This document shows, one piece after another, positions 13,092 to 29,481 of a DNA stretch of 64,000 nt. The notes beneath the pieces were generated by a model that had not been told where the DNA came from, did no database searches, and saw only the letters and a program-made list of their open reading frames with translations. Positions within the stretch are counted from its first letter, which is position 1. Each line of letters begins with the position of its first letter. Origin of the DNA: Amoebophrya sp. A120 (Eukaryota; Protista; Dinoflagellata); assembly GCA_905178155.1 (NCBI GenBank), contig CAJINV010000014.1, positions 1,953,888 through 2,017,887 of the forward strand. The letters run 5' to 3'. The translations under genes and the position numbers were made by a program.

Positions 13092-14831
13092 CGCGAATTT
13101 GCTTTATTATGTTTACAATACACAAAGAAAATATTGAATAGCTCTGCAGGAACTTTACGTTCGCAGACGAAATGGAGCCTGACCTTGTGAAGAGACATGA
13201 ATATTAACATTCACGGAGACGTCGACCGCCAATAAAGTGAATGCGGACACCAGATCAAAACCAAAACGAGAACAACAGAAGGAGAAAAAATAATGTGAAC
13301 TCAAAAAGGGTACGGGTAGGTACTAGTATGGCTCTGTCAGCGCGAACATTTGCCTAAAGAACGACAGAAGGAAGGACAGTGAGTGTGTGTGATTAAGACG
13401 GCTATGCGGCTACATGTGAATTATACAGGATAGATGCACTCGAGTATCGTGCTCGATATCCAACATACTTTGCTATGCCTAACTACGGAACGGGGTACAC
13501 ATGACATATACAATATGGGGGCAAGAACGGGTCAATCATGAACTGGGAAAAAGTCGCGCTCGCGTTCGCGAGTCTTCAATGCATGAATATAATTTTTACC
13601 TAGCGCGTTGTTGACTAGATTGCGCGCCATCGTCGACGAGTTCCGGGTGCACAAGCCTGTAAATGGCCTGTAGCGATGAAGTTTACAACTGGTTCTTTCT
13701 GCGAGACTTCTTACTTCCTATCTTTGACCGAATCAGTGGAGTCTTGATCTTCTACAGCTGCCTAGCCAGCCATCGAAAGGAACACTTTTAAAAGTAGCAG
13801 GTCGGATGTTGCAGCAGTGACTGCGTCACGTCTGACGTCGCAGGATACACTACGACGTCGACGCCGGCAACTACTTACAAAAACCTGCAAGGCGAGACCA
13901 GTAATCGCTGGCTTTGCGCCAGGTCGCTGGATTTGCACCGCTAGACGTTTTGCTTTCTCTTTGAATGTGAATCGGTGTGACAACAACTTCTTCACCATTC
14001 TACCGCTCACGAAGTCTATTTCTACTAAAACTGCGCCGGGTTTGCTTCAAACGCAGTGTTCGTACTGGCTCGCGGGGAGAGAAGTCAGTGAATCTCTTGA
14101 AGTGGCGAGACAAACAACACAAGTGAAGGTCTTACTGGTTTGAACAGAACAAGATGAGTCCTGCTCTGCCATAGATAAGCATAAGTTTACTTTGAGTATC
14201 GGCTGTTCCTGTTACGCCGAACTCCGTTGTCGCCGTGGCACTGAGAGTGCGCAAGTGCAGGAACTAGGTCGACGGGGGTCACGCAAAAAAAGATGAATAG
14301 TGATTCTGATCGACTGGCGTAGTCCTCCTGCTAAAACATACTAGTAGAAATCAGTCTAAGAGAAATAAGAACCGGGTCCTATTTTTCAAGACTTCAAAAG
14401 AAGAAAAACATAAATGAAGATTTTCAGCAGGGGCAGCGGCGGGTCGATATCAGTACTACTTTCCACATCTGCAGTCCATCCGGGCGGGCAGCAGTTGTTG
14501 TGGCGTCTCTACTCAGCGGTGCGCCGCTCCACGAGAAGCGGAAGCAGCTACTGGAGCATCTACAATTTTCTGTCGATGATCAACAAATCAAGCTTCATAC
14601 GGAATAAATACAGGCGATGATTATCGCTTTCAAAAAGTGATTGATCAAACAAAAAGTGAGGTGAACCTATTGTCAGCAGCGAAAGTCGCCTTTCGCATAA
14701 AGAAAGCAAAATATTCGAAAGCATACAAAAATTTTCTGTACACTATAACGAACGAGCGATCGAAGCTACTAGCGCTACGACCACCCGCGACCCTTCCACG
14801 GTTTGAATCCAAACCGATTGAAAGGGTTTGC

Positions 14832-19075
<4,244 letters not shown>

Positions 19076-20745
19076 ACTACATGAGGTACACTAGAGCTAC
19101 TTCGGTGTACACGGGACTATAGCAAGCTCGTCCAAATCACTGTTTGTGAAGATTCAATCAATCAGAAGGGATTTCTTTTTTTTCGGTCACAATCGAAGTG
19201 CTCGGCGGTCGTGTGTGGCCGCCAAATAAATCAGTTCCTCATAAAAAAAACTTCTTTGGCGTCAGTTCCTCTCATGGCGTTGATTTACCAGAACCTTCTT
19301 TGCGAAGATCACGCAAACTCGAACATCTGTCACCTCCATGCCTGCCGCTCGAGCGGAGAGCAACTTTTATCGTCCCGTCGAAAGGGTGAGTAAAGCAGTG
19401 GAGGTCGTTTTTACTTTGCTCTGATACAACGAACTTTACTTTTGCTCTGACTTGTTCTTCTTGGATATTTATTACTGCAGCCCTATAAAAATTCAGATGA
19501 ATATAAGCGCACTGATGCGTCGTGGCACTGATGCTGGGAAACAAAGGGCACGGGGCGAATAAATCATCGAGAGCTACAATAAAGTTCAGGTAGTTGTGGG
19601 TAGTTTGCTGTTTTTAAACTCAACTTTTTGCTTCTGAACTCGTTGATTTTGGTTGATTCGCTAGTAGATGAGGGAAACGGAAAACTCATCATCAAAAACC
19701 ATAAAATACATGAGATTTTTTTCTGGTGGAAAAAATGTCGTCTTATGCTTTTACTTTAATATTGCGCCGTCTCATCAATTCAATATCGTTGCTCGAAATT
19801 ACACCTACTAAACTAGCTTTGGCGAAGTAGATTTTGTTTCTGTGCATCATATTCAGTCGACTCACGGTTCCATGGCACTCTTGATAACTTATTTTCTGGT
19901 CGCCGTGTCCGTCGGTGATAGATGAGTACTATGCAGCAGCTAGATTCTACTGCAGCTGTGCATTGTTTTTGTCGTATCGGACCGGAGAAGACGTTTTAGA
20001 CAGCACAGACCTGCAGCTAGGTAATAGCAGAAAAGGAAAAGGATGAAGACCACACAAATATAAGCATCAAGACGAAGACGTAGACGTTACAGGGAGCATT
20101 AACATACTTATATTGAATTCATCGGGTGGAGCGCACGTTGTTACATTTTGCAGAAGGGAAGATCATAAAAAGTTCATAAAGCGCATCACGTTGTTACAAG
20201 GAAGTCTGAAATTGTATAGGTACAAAACATTTGAAGTTCAAAATAATCACCACGCACGACGGCATTACCGTGATTTACAGCTGCGCCGCGTTTCGTTACC
20301 ACAGCACTGGGCTGCTTTTCTTATTAATTTGCCTATAATCAAAGCCGTAGTAGTTTCATGCAGCACTATTTTACTCTTCCAGCATCTTTTGCGAATCGGC
20401 ATGGTCTCTTCTTCATGCCCCCGCTACTCCAGCAATGCGGTTCTTGCGCCATTGCTTTCACGAATCTGTTCTGAGAATATTAAAACGAGTTTCTTGAGGT
20501 TTCTTGTGGAAATTTTGCTAATGATAAAAAGGTTTCTGAGAAGATAATGTAATTGTATTGGGACAGCTAATTTTGGAAATGAGTAGATTGCCTGAGCTGC
20601 AAACCACGGAAGAACCGCCCCAGCCTCCTCTTTTCCTTGCGCGAAAAGAGGTATGATTTTTCGATATCACACATAATTGCACGCGGCCTAATCGAGGTTC
20701 TGTTTCATTCGAAAATCCATTTGTTCCATGCGTTTTAATACAAAT

Positions 20746-23700
20746 CTACATTCCCGGTGGCAGCGGTGGGGGTGGCGGGATGCCGCTATCTTCCACGGCG
20801 TCGCCGACGTCTTTCGTTTTCTGCTTTCTCACCGGCTGCTGCATCGCCTGCTCGCGCAGGTTCTGGGAGACCACTAAATTGTTGATCAGGCCCTGGCGCG
20901 TGCCGACCTTCGAACTGAGATCCTTCTGCCTCTTGCGTGAAAAGTCGCGCTCGTGCAGCTCTGCCTCGGTGATGCCCCACATATCGTCGAGACGTTCGAG
21001 AAGCATCTGGGTTCATGTTTTGTTTTGGAATGAAACGCTGATGAATAAAAAGTAGTTGCAAAAGAACAAAACGCGAGGGAGTACACTGTATTAAGCCCTA
21101 AAAAATGCATCTTTGCGTGACGGCTGCAAAAGGTGAGCGACACGACGCCGAAAAACAAATCATACCTTCGTGATAGAAACAAAAGAATTTGCAGTTTCTT
21201 CGAGAAAACATTTACGCGCAAGTCCATCAAATTCAAATTAGACAAACAAAGCGATACAAAATAAAAAAAAAAAAATCTTTAATACATCCGCCTGCTGAAT
21301 AAGTTTATCCGCCTGTCCCTGCAAGTTCATGGCCCTTCTGCTTGCTCTCTGCACGTACGCTAATAGTTGGATCATATCGCCTCCTTGCGCGGGCCCCTTC
21401 ATCTTCTGCACACCCACGATAAACTCATCGACGGAGAGAGATTGAGAATTGTCCACATCGAGGAGGAAAAACAACTCTTCGGCCTGATAGTTTTTGTTTT
21501 GTCCGTAGGTAGGGTTCTAGTGTCGCATCACAAAAAATTTATTTCATATAGTTCAAGTTCTCACGCTCGAAAATAGATCAGTAGTGCTAGTGCAGGACAA
21601 AAACAGGAAATACTAAGAAAATAGAAATACGTCCTCCAACGGCAGCCCAATAATTTTCAACTTCGACTGGAAGCTTTTTGTTCTTATCGCTTCGCAGAAC
21701 TGCTCGAAGTTCAGCTCCCCGGTGCTGCTCGCGTCGGCGAACTCCATAAACTCGATTCGCATGGAATTCATGACGCGCTTCTCGCACTCGAGGATGATGT
21801 TTTGCACGTTCTGGTCGTTTTCCTTTGCGACGAGCAAGGTTCGCTCGACGATGACACCGATAATGACGTTGAGAAGACCAAAGGAGCACAGAACGATAAC
21901 GATGAGGCATAGGACGACAAGGGAAACATCCTGCTTCATGGACGTATGGAAAGGGAAACATGCTCTTCTTGGTGAGGGTGATTCAACTTGTTTTCATGTG
22001 TGAATACCATTCACGTGAACGGTAATACACATGATAAGCTCTCTCTTGATGTTGATTCCAGCCTGCTGCATAACATAATACACGATGGTATGGTAGACGA
22101 TTAAAATATTAATGTACCTCATACACCACAATACCATCGTGAGTAACATCTTGCGCGACGGTATAATGCGCGTCTGAAAAGCGACAAGTCAAAATCATTA
22201 GAAGAAACATGTTTCACTATCGTAAATTGGCCTGACAATTGACCCCGACCAGGATTCCAACGTGATAATCTGTCGTGTGATGATTGATGTGGAATAGAGT
22301 TAGTTTTTCGACGGAATTAATACGTTCTTTTAATTTGCAAATCCAACCCAAGCAAAACAGAAAAACTTTTTACCTGAAACACGGTGAGCATGGCTCGTGG
22401 CACGGATCCTACATAGACATCCATATCTGGCCAGTGGTTTTTGAATTCCTTGACACTTCCTACTGCGATGACTAACAGCACCCCGATCGCGTAGCAGACG
22501 ACGAAAAGTAGAACTGAAACCCAGAAAACGGTTACCAGCGATTCGTAGAAACCTTTGATTTTTTTTTTGTGAAGTTGATCTCTGACCGTGTTGTAACCCA
22601 CCACTACCAAAAACAAAATAAGTACTGTGTGCTGTTTGTCTTCAATCACATAGTGTAACTATAATTGTTGCTCCGTCGAACAAAAATTTAGGAATCTAAA
22701 TCAAATACCTTTCACAATCGTCCACAAATCCCGGAACATCCTGAGCAATCGAATCTGTCGCACCACACGGAGCATACGCAACATACGGAATGCGGTAATC
22801 ACCTTCATCTCACCCTCGCCTTGAAACATGAAGCGCACGACGATCTGATTTGTAGACAAAGCTAAAGATCATTGCATTTTGGGATAACAAAGTACAAATT
22901 CGTTGTGATTAGGCAAGTACAGCCTGTGCTGCATGACATTGCATTTTTGCGGGAGCCTCACAAAAAAGAAAACAAGTGATCTATTCAGTACATCCACAAA
23001 CCCGAGCACAACGAGATGGTAATCCAGGATGTTCCACGGATCCAGGAAGTATCCCCACTGCAGCTATCACAGGAAAAAACATTGTAGGTGTAATTTTTTT
23101 GGAGGAACAGCATTACAAATTTGTCTGGCATGACAGCAAAAACCTGTCATGCGCAGATAGTACGGGAAAACGCCCTTTGGTGGACCCTATGACGCATGCC
23201 AAGAATGACAGACTCAATCACTTTGCGCGTTGCGCGTGACAAATCTACACGTAACAACGTTTTTTTTTTTGGATAGCAGCAGTTGTAGTTTTATTATCAT
23301 TTCCGCGAGAAAGATCGCCAGAAAGCAGATCTCGAAGATGACAAAGATCAGAGTGTGCTCCAGCTTGTCTGACTTTGCCGTGTCTACCTCCAACCCAATC
23401 ATGAAGGCGTTGAACACAATGGTGAACGCGACGAGGGAGGTCAGGTATTTACTGTTCGACGGGTGTTTTTGTCTCGCCATCAGGTCGTGCGTGGTCATCA
23501 CGTGCATCTGCTGGAAAACCGATCGGAACTGCTATTACAGTGAAAAATGCCCCCCGCCCCCAAAGTCGCAAAAATTTGTGATGCGAAGTTTCCAAATGAA
23601 AACTTTTTGTCATGCATGCAAGAAGTATGAATCTTTCCGATGCAGAGTCTAGGCGTGTATCGCATCGCTTGCATGACAAGCGCCACCTTTGCTGCGGTCT

Positions 23701-24161
23701 CTTGCAATACAAATTTTTGCTATTCACGATTGGAAATCTGTGATGCTGATAGATGCAAGAAGGCGGATGTTTCATGCATACAAATGAAAAGGTTTGCAAT
23801 GCAAATGCCCCCAAATTCGGGGGTGGGGGCATTTTTCACTTTGATAACTGCCCGGTGTGCTCTATCATCTGGCCATTGGCACCGTTACCGTTGGCGCCAT
23901 TGCCATTCCCGTTCGGCGCCTCCCCGCCATTGCCGCCGGATTCGGCGGGAGCTGGTTTTTTTTTTTAATTTTGGAAATGTTTCGCATTTAGAAAAGAAAA
24001 GCTGGCTCATGCCGTCCTCTATGTGTGCCGAGGAGATGTTGAAGCAAAGCGTGTAGTTGATAGTTGTTGTATCTCGTGTAGTTTTTAGTCCTGTTGTAGA
24101 AAGCCCAAACATGATATACATTCGTACCTGTTGAGCTCTTAGCCTTGCTCGCGTCGGCCAT
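20746..24161 (-). CDS. Single-domain (6TM) voltage-gated Na+/Ca2+ channel with TLESW filter and C-terminal EF-hands
   Basis: S2-S3 YFLDPWNILDY, S4 FRMLRMLRVVRQIRLLR (~22740-22795), pore VFQ|IITLESWSGSIVRPI (22225-22269), S6 LLNVIIGVIVE, EF-hands DASSTGELNFEQF and DVDNSQSLSVDEF; several GT-AG introns plus three introners. Confidence 0.9.
21945..22224. mobile_element. Decayed introner-like element
   Basis: Residual TIR (GAAACATG.T.(C)TTC); no in-frame GT-AG solution found; removal +5 nt gives IVRPI|MKQDV. Confidence 0.65.
23065..23275. mobile_element. Introner-like element, family E
   Basis: TATC..poly-A-C(A/G)TTGT TIR; TSD GCAGC; 211 bp and similar to 40000-40210; removal gives LQLL|QWGYFL. 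Confidence 0.95.
23533..23846. mobile_element. Introner-like element, family D-like
   Basis: TIR TAT.A.AGTGAAAAATGCCCCC; TSD ACTGC; removal gives HTGQ|FRSVFQQM. Confidence 0.95.
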
Positions 24162-25159
24162 TTTGTTTCTCTGGTCGGCGCGCGATTTGAAGAGAGCTCA
24201 GGTCTGCGGGCGCAGCAGCGGTGTCGATTCAGCAGGAACTTTGTCTGTAGATTTCCGTCTTTCGATGAACTTGGTTGAATATCACTACCACGGTAGTGAA
24301 AATTCCCCGGCGAAGTAGTTCTTGTGGGACAAGCTGCGCGTTAGCGTGGCCGTCTGCGCTTGCGCGGCGACGTTGAGGTGAGTGCTGACATTATCCTTTT
24401 TAATGTGTAGCTCTATGAAGATAAAAACGCAGGAGAAGGTGAGGATCTACAGCTTCGAAGGCATTTTTTATTGTTCATCTCTCTCTAAAAAACGTCTTGC
24501 TGTTTCGTTTCTCAGGGTTGACGAATTATGACATGCGAAAAAAAGATTGGGAGGTGGATAACTTGACGAGTAGAACAAGAATAAGAGACGACAACGAGGC
24601 TGGCACATTTGAGATTCCGCAACTTCCACATTCCCTTGATGTTCCTTCGTCCTCTATCGATAAAACATTCCACTTGCGCTCCGTGTTTTCGTTTTCGACA
24701 AACTCGCTCGCGAAAAATCATATTCGTTCACAGCTCTTCACTTAATAGAATCAATCTCGACCTCTTCCCTCCCTCACAATCTCTCTTCTCGTCCCTCACA
24801 ATGCGACTAACAGTGCTAGTGCTACTGGTGCTCTACTAGTACTCCTATCTCGCTTCGTATTCGTTCTCCTCTCTCACGTCGTTCAACGAGATACGTGCGG
24901 GCGACATTTTTGGGATCTGTCACTTGCCAGGCCAGTGCATCAGCAAGCCAGAAGCATACTGTGCGAGTCGCGCCTTTGATTTTGCCTCGCTTGTTAATTC
25001 TTACTTGCTCATACAACCATATGCGACGTTCATTCGTAGACAAGACAGTCTGATGAAACTGAAACAATTTGTTCTGCCGTGCAGGTGCAGTGTGGTCATT
25101 CAAATAGACGAGATTTTTGCATAATATATAAATTCGTACAACGCTACTTGTTTACTTTC

Positions 25160-28100
25160 TCAAAACTCTTCCTCTGCTAGTTCTGAGTCCGAGCGGCCAC
25201 GCTCCGGGTCATTTCCATTTGTTTTTGAAACTTTATTTTCTTTTTCGGCCGCAAAGCCGTTGTTCTTGTTTGCGAAAGCACTCGGCACCTTCATCGGCAC
25301 GGTGGGTAAGCGGGAGACGTCGAATGTGGTCGCAGAAGTAGAAACAGGGTCATTTTTCGCCGGTGTTGTAGTCCTCGTCGTTCCCGGAATGTCGCCAAAA
25401 ACCTTTCCGGAAACCCGCACCGGCTGGATTTTCGCTAGAGCCTTCTCCCTCTCCTTCGTGGTAGAAACCACAGTACTCGGCGGAACCGCGTCGGACGAGT
25501 AGTAGGAAATATTGTCGTCAAAATCCACTTCTTTCTCCGACGAAGACAGGACTGCACCGTCCATTTTCATCACGTCTGCTGGATGAAGAACACTGGTACC
25601 AGGAGCGACTCGTTCGCTTATTTTGCTCGTATCCCGACTGGAGGTTAAGTCCCCGCGAGCAGGACCCGATGAGCTATCCTTTGACTCGTCTGTGGAGCTT
25701 TTCTTGGAAAGAAACACAGACTCTAACTCCACTTCCGAGGAGTGGGCGGACTTCGGACTGTGTTTTTGCTTGATGCCCCTGGGATCGTCGATTTCCACCT
25801 TTTTCTTGTTCCTAGATGTTGCCCCCGCCGCGCCAGCTGCTTTCTTCAAAGACGCCTCCGTGCCGTCGAAGTCCGTTTCATCATTGTCGACATTGTCATC
25901 GAACTGCACAAGATTCGTGTTCAACATCATCCCCGCCGACAGTCCACGGCCACCACCCCCGCTACTCTTTTTCCCGAATTCGATCCGAATTTGCGCCAAT
26001 AGTCTCCGTTTTTTCTTCCGGTCCACTAAGAGACTGAACACGTTTTTCTCAAACTGTTCGACCGGGATTCCGGGGAGGCGCCGGTACATTTTCACTTCGT
26101 TATCAAATGCAAATACGTCTGGGCCTGGAAGATTGCCACGTTTGTCATGCATATTTCACATGACGCATGACGCCTGTAATGCATGCCCCAGCATCACAGA
26201 TTTCCTCAGGGCTTCCTGATGCTTATTTCGCATGAGAAATTGAAATGTCCTCCCCGCGTAGCGCAAAGTGGACTCCTCTTGCTAGTCATCCAATACAGAC
26301 TTTTTTGGAATCCAAACACCGCATCACAAGTTACCACCTTCTAGACCCAGACATATTTGCAATACATATTCGTCGTGCGGGAGCAAGTGCCCGGCGGAAA
26401 CGTGGTTCTCCGCCTCCGCGATCGCCAAGTCATCGTCGTCGTCTAAAATCCGGCGAATCGGCTGCAGTTTCGCGGAAGTGGGTTGCGAAGATGTTGCGGC
26501 TGCACTGCTGGAATTCTTGTTGTTTCTTCGATTCCACACGTCCTTCGTCGCTCTCATCTTTCTCGTGGCGGACCGGAGAATCGCCGTCAGGACGGACTTA
26601 TGCATTGCAAAAGCATCGCACTAGTACAAAGCGCATGACAAATTTTTCGTAAAGGAAAAATCAAATTTGTCGTGCAGAACAAGCTAAAAAAGCAGATCTG
26701 CCATGCAAGACCTGCATTTATACGAGTGCGATGCCTTTGCACAGGATAGGATTCCCTAGTAGTGCTGGGGTCTTGATGATGTTCTGCTGTTGAAGATGTT
26801 CCTCCAGAACCGCCCGACAGATAGAAACTGGTGTTCTCGTCGCTGTCAAAACTGCCGTCGAAATGCGTTCGCCAGAGCCCGATGAGACTCAGTTTCGCAG
26901 TTCTGCTCTTATCCGGCGTTTCCCGAAACTTCGTTTTCCACTTTCGATACGCGCCCGTGTCGTCCCGCGTCGACTTCGCGTTGCTTCTCCCCACGCGGTG
27001 CGAGAGGTTGCGCATCTGCGCACTGGCGTACTCGACGAAGCAGCGGAGGAGGACGGCGCGGTAGATTTCCGGGAGGTTAGTGGCGAACTGGTGTTCAGAG
27101 GATGAACTCGACGAGGACGCAGCACGAGACGAGCCACGACCTGTGGTCATGCCGGAGCTCATTCCCAAATGCGAAAAGTACTCGCAGACCCTCCTGATTG
27201 CCAAAAACACCACTTCCTTCCCCGTGCGGTTCAATCGCGTGACGTCTAAGACATCGGATTGGACGCTGTAGTCTCCCGTCCTGTCCTGGTCCACGTTCGG
27301 GTAATAATAGATGAGATGATGAGAGGAAACAAATCTCCGTCTGTGAAGATGTTGTTGACTTTGATGTCCTCGTCCGTAGGTGCTCTCGTGGACGAAGAGG
27401 AATTCCCTGCAACGCTCGACAAAATCGCCAAAGAGAAGCGAAAAAACACCCGTCCCGTGCAGCAACTTCAAATCATCAGCAGTCAGATCTCCCGCGTCAC
27501 GAGCTTTATTCCGCCTCTTCATTTTCGCCTTGAGCGCCAGGTGTCTCCGGCGCGCAACTTCGCGCTTCTGCTTTTTCGTTTCATCTTTTTCTGGATCTGC
27601 TGCTCCTTCCCCGTGGTCTCTATCGGAGGTGGTGTTGCTGGTTTTTGATCGCTGGCTTTTGCTTGTGTCGGATGAGGAGGAAGAATCATCCGCGGACAAG
27701 GCGTCGTTAATATCGTTTTCTTCGTCAAAATTGCCGAAGTCACCCTCGTCCTCAGATGAAGAGGAGGATGAAAAGGCTGCACCAGCAGCCAGGTCCCGAT
27801 CTCGCAGACACGCAGAGAACAAGGTGGACAAGACAAACCGCAGCACGTTTTTCAGACCGGTGAAAACTGCGGAAATGGGTTCCTCCGAAATAGGAAGTAA
27901 GAAGTCTAGACCGCAGGCCTGCAGGATGAAGGTCCCGACTAATTTCCAAATTGTGGTGAGGACGAAAATAGTGTGCAAAACGAGGAGGATGTCGATTGGG
28001 AGAAAATAATCTGCGTCGGATTGATTTGACGGGGAGGTGGTCGTAGAAGAATTGTTTTTGATTCTTCCTTCGTACCACACGCCGATCAGGCTCGTGGCAA

Positions 28101-29481
28101 GCATCAAATGCAGCTGAAAACTTTCCGCGAACCCCGCGATTGGAAATGCAGCGAACGCGTCGTCCTTGTGGTGCAGAAACAAGAGAGTAACCGCGAGGAG
28201 GAAGAGAAGCAAGTGCAACGACGGAAGTGTTGTGTCGAGGTTCTTCGGTGAGGTAGAAGAGAAATCAGCGCCGGAAAACTCAGTGACGCAGACATAATAC
28301 CCCGCGACGAGCAGAACTAGCACACCCTTCACGATCATCTTCTTCTCAACCGCATAAAGCGGTTCCCAGAGGGCGCCCGAGGTCAAGAACCCCCACAACT
28401 GGTTTGCAAACTGCTCTCCGTTACTCGTGGACAAACCAACTGAGCTCTTCAGGCAGCAATGGGCGACGAACTGGCGCAGGCAGAACGGAATCCAGAACCC
28501 GAAAAGGAAAACCCCGAGATAGATCAGAGAGAGCGCTGCCGATTTTCCAATAGAAGCGGCGGAGGCTGCTCCTCCGTTCAGCGTGTGGATGTTGACCGCT
28601 TCGAGGAGGAGGCAAACGAGCGAAATCCCCTGCGTGAGGTACAGTAAGTTTACAGCGGTGGGGAAAATCTGCCGGCAACTTTCCAGCACGACTTGCCAAA
28701 AATTCATCCCGCGGTAAACCTCCACATGCGAAGCGCCTTCTTTCCTTCTGAAGCCACACCGGTACCGGTACCAGCCGCAGAGGAGTGAGAGAAAGAGCAG
28801 ACCTGACAGGACAACCAATGGAAGCAGGTATGCGACGGCCAGAAGAGACAGTTGGGAATCGTCCTCGTTCTTGCTACTTACTGATAGATGTGCAGCATGT
28901 GCTCCCGATGAGGCAGGCGCAGATGTTCCAGCACTGCTCGCTGCGACAAAAGAAACGCTACACCCGGCTTCTGTAGTTTTGCCCGTAACCGTTGCAGACG
29001 CTGGGTACCAGAATGCATGTGGAGATGTACCCGCTGACAAACTGCCGACCTCAAACGGGTTGTGCAGCCACTGCAGGAGTCTTTCGATGCTTCCCAGAAA
29101 CCCGGTTGTACTGTGGTCGCGCGGAACGAGCAGCGTAGTCGCACTCGAAGTGGAACTGCTCGAGACCACGTCGATGGCATGCCGCTGGTCCCGCAGGTTC
29201 AGCAACAAAGACAGCGGCAAGCAGCCGAGCAGCGGGTAGTCGAAAAGCGTCCGGAGCAGCGCGAGCTTCTCTTCCCGCATGTGCAGCGACCACTCGCCCT
29301 TCCGCTTGTGGCTACTGGACAGTCGGCCGCGGCCGCTTGCGAGAATGCCGGGTCTGGATGTGGAGGAAACGCTGCCGCTTGGTAAGAGAATGGCTTTGAG
29401 GAGAGAATCCTGTGTCGGGGAGATACCTGCTGGGTTTTCAAATAGCATGGCACACAAACATCTTCTTCGCCGGAAGAACAA
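25160..29481 (-). CDS. Large multi-pass membrane hypothetical protein (~1300 aa; 5' end unresolved, may include 29570-29803)
   Basis: ORF 26587-29481 has several hydrophobic helices and joins 26593-26369 and 26095-25160 after removing two introners (3894 nt, divisible by 3). Confidence 0.8.
26101..26368. mobile_element. Introner-like element, family B
   Basis: TIR core GTCTGGG.CT.GAAG; TSD TTCGT; removal gives PHDE|VKMYRR. Confidence 0.95.
26599..26748. mobile_element. Introner-like element, family C
   Basis: TSD GGACT/GGATT (1 mismatch); removal gives TRES|VLTAIL. Confidence 0.9.

Noticed and set aside
14555-14600. Candidate SECIS ATGAAGC...TAGATG on the minus strand
   Set aside because: Helix II pairs poorly and there is no apical AA at the expected distance.
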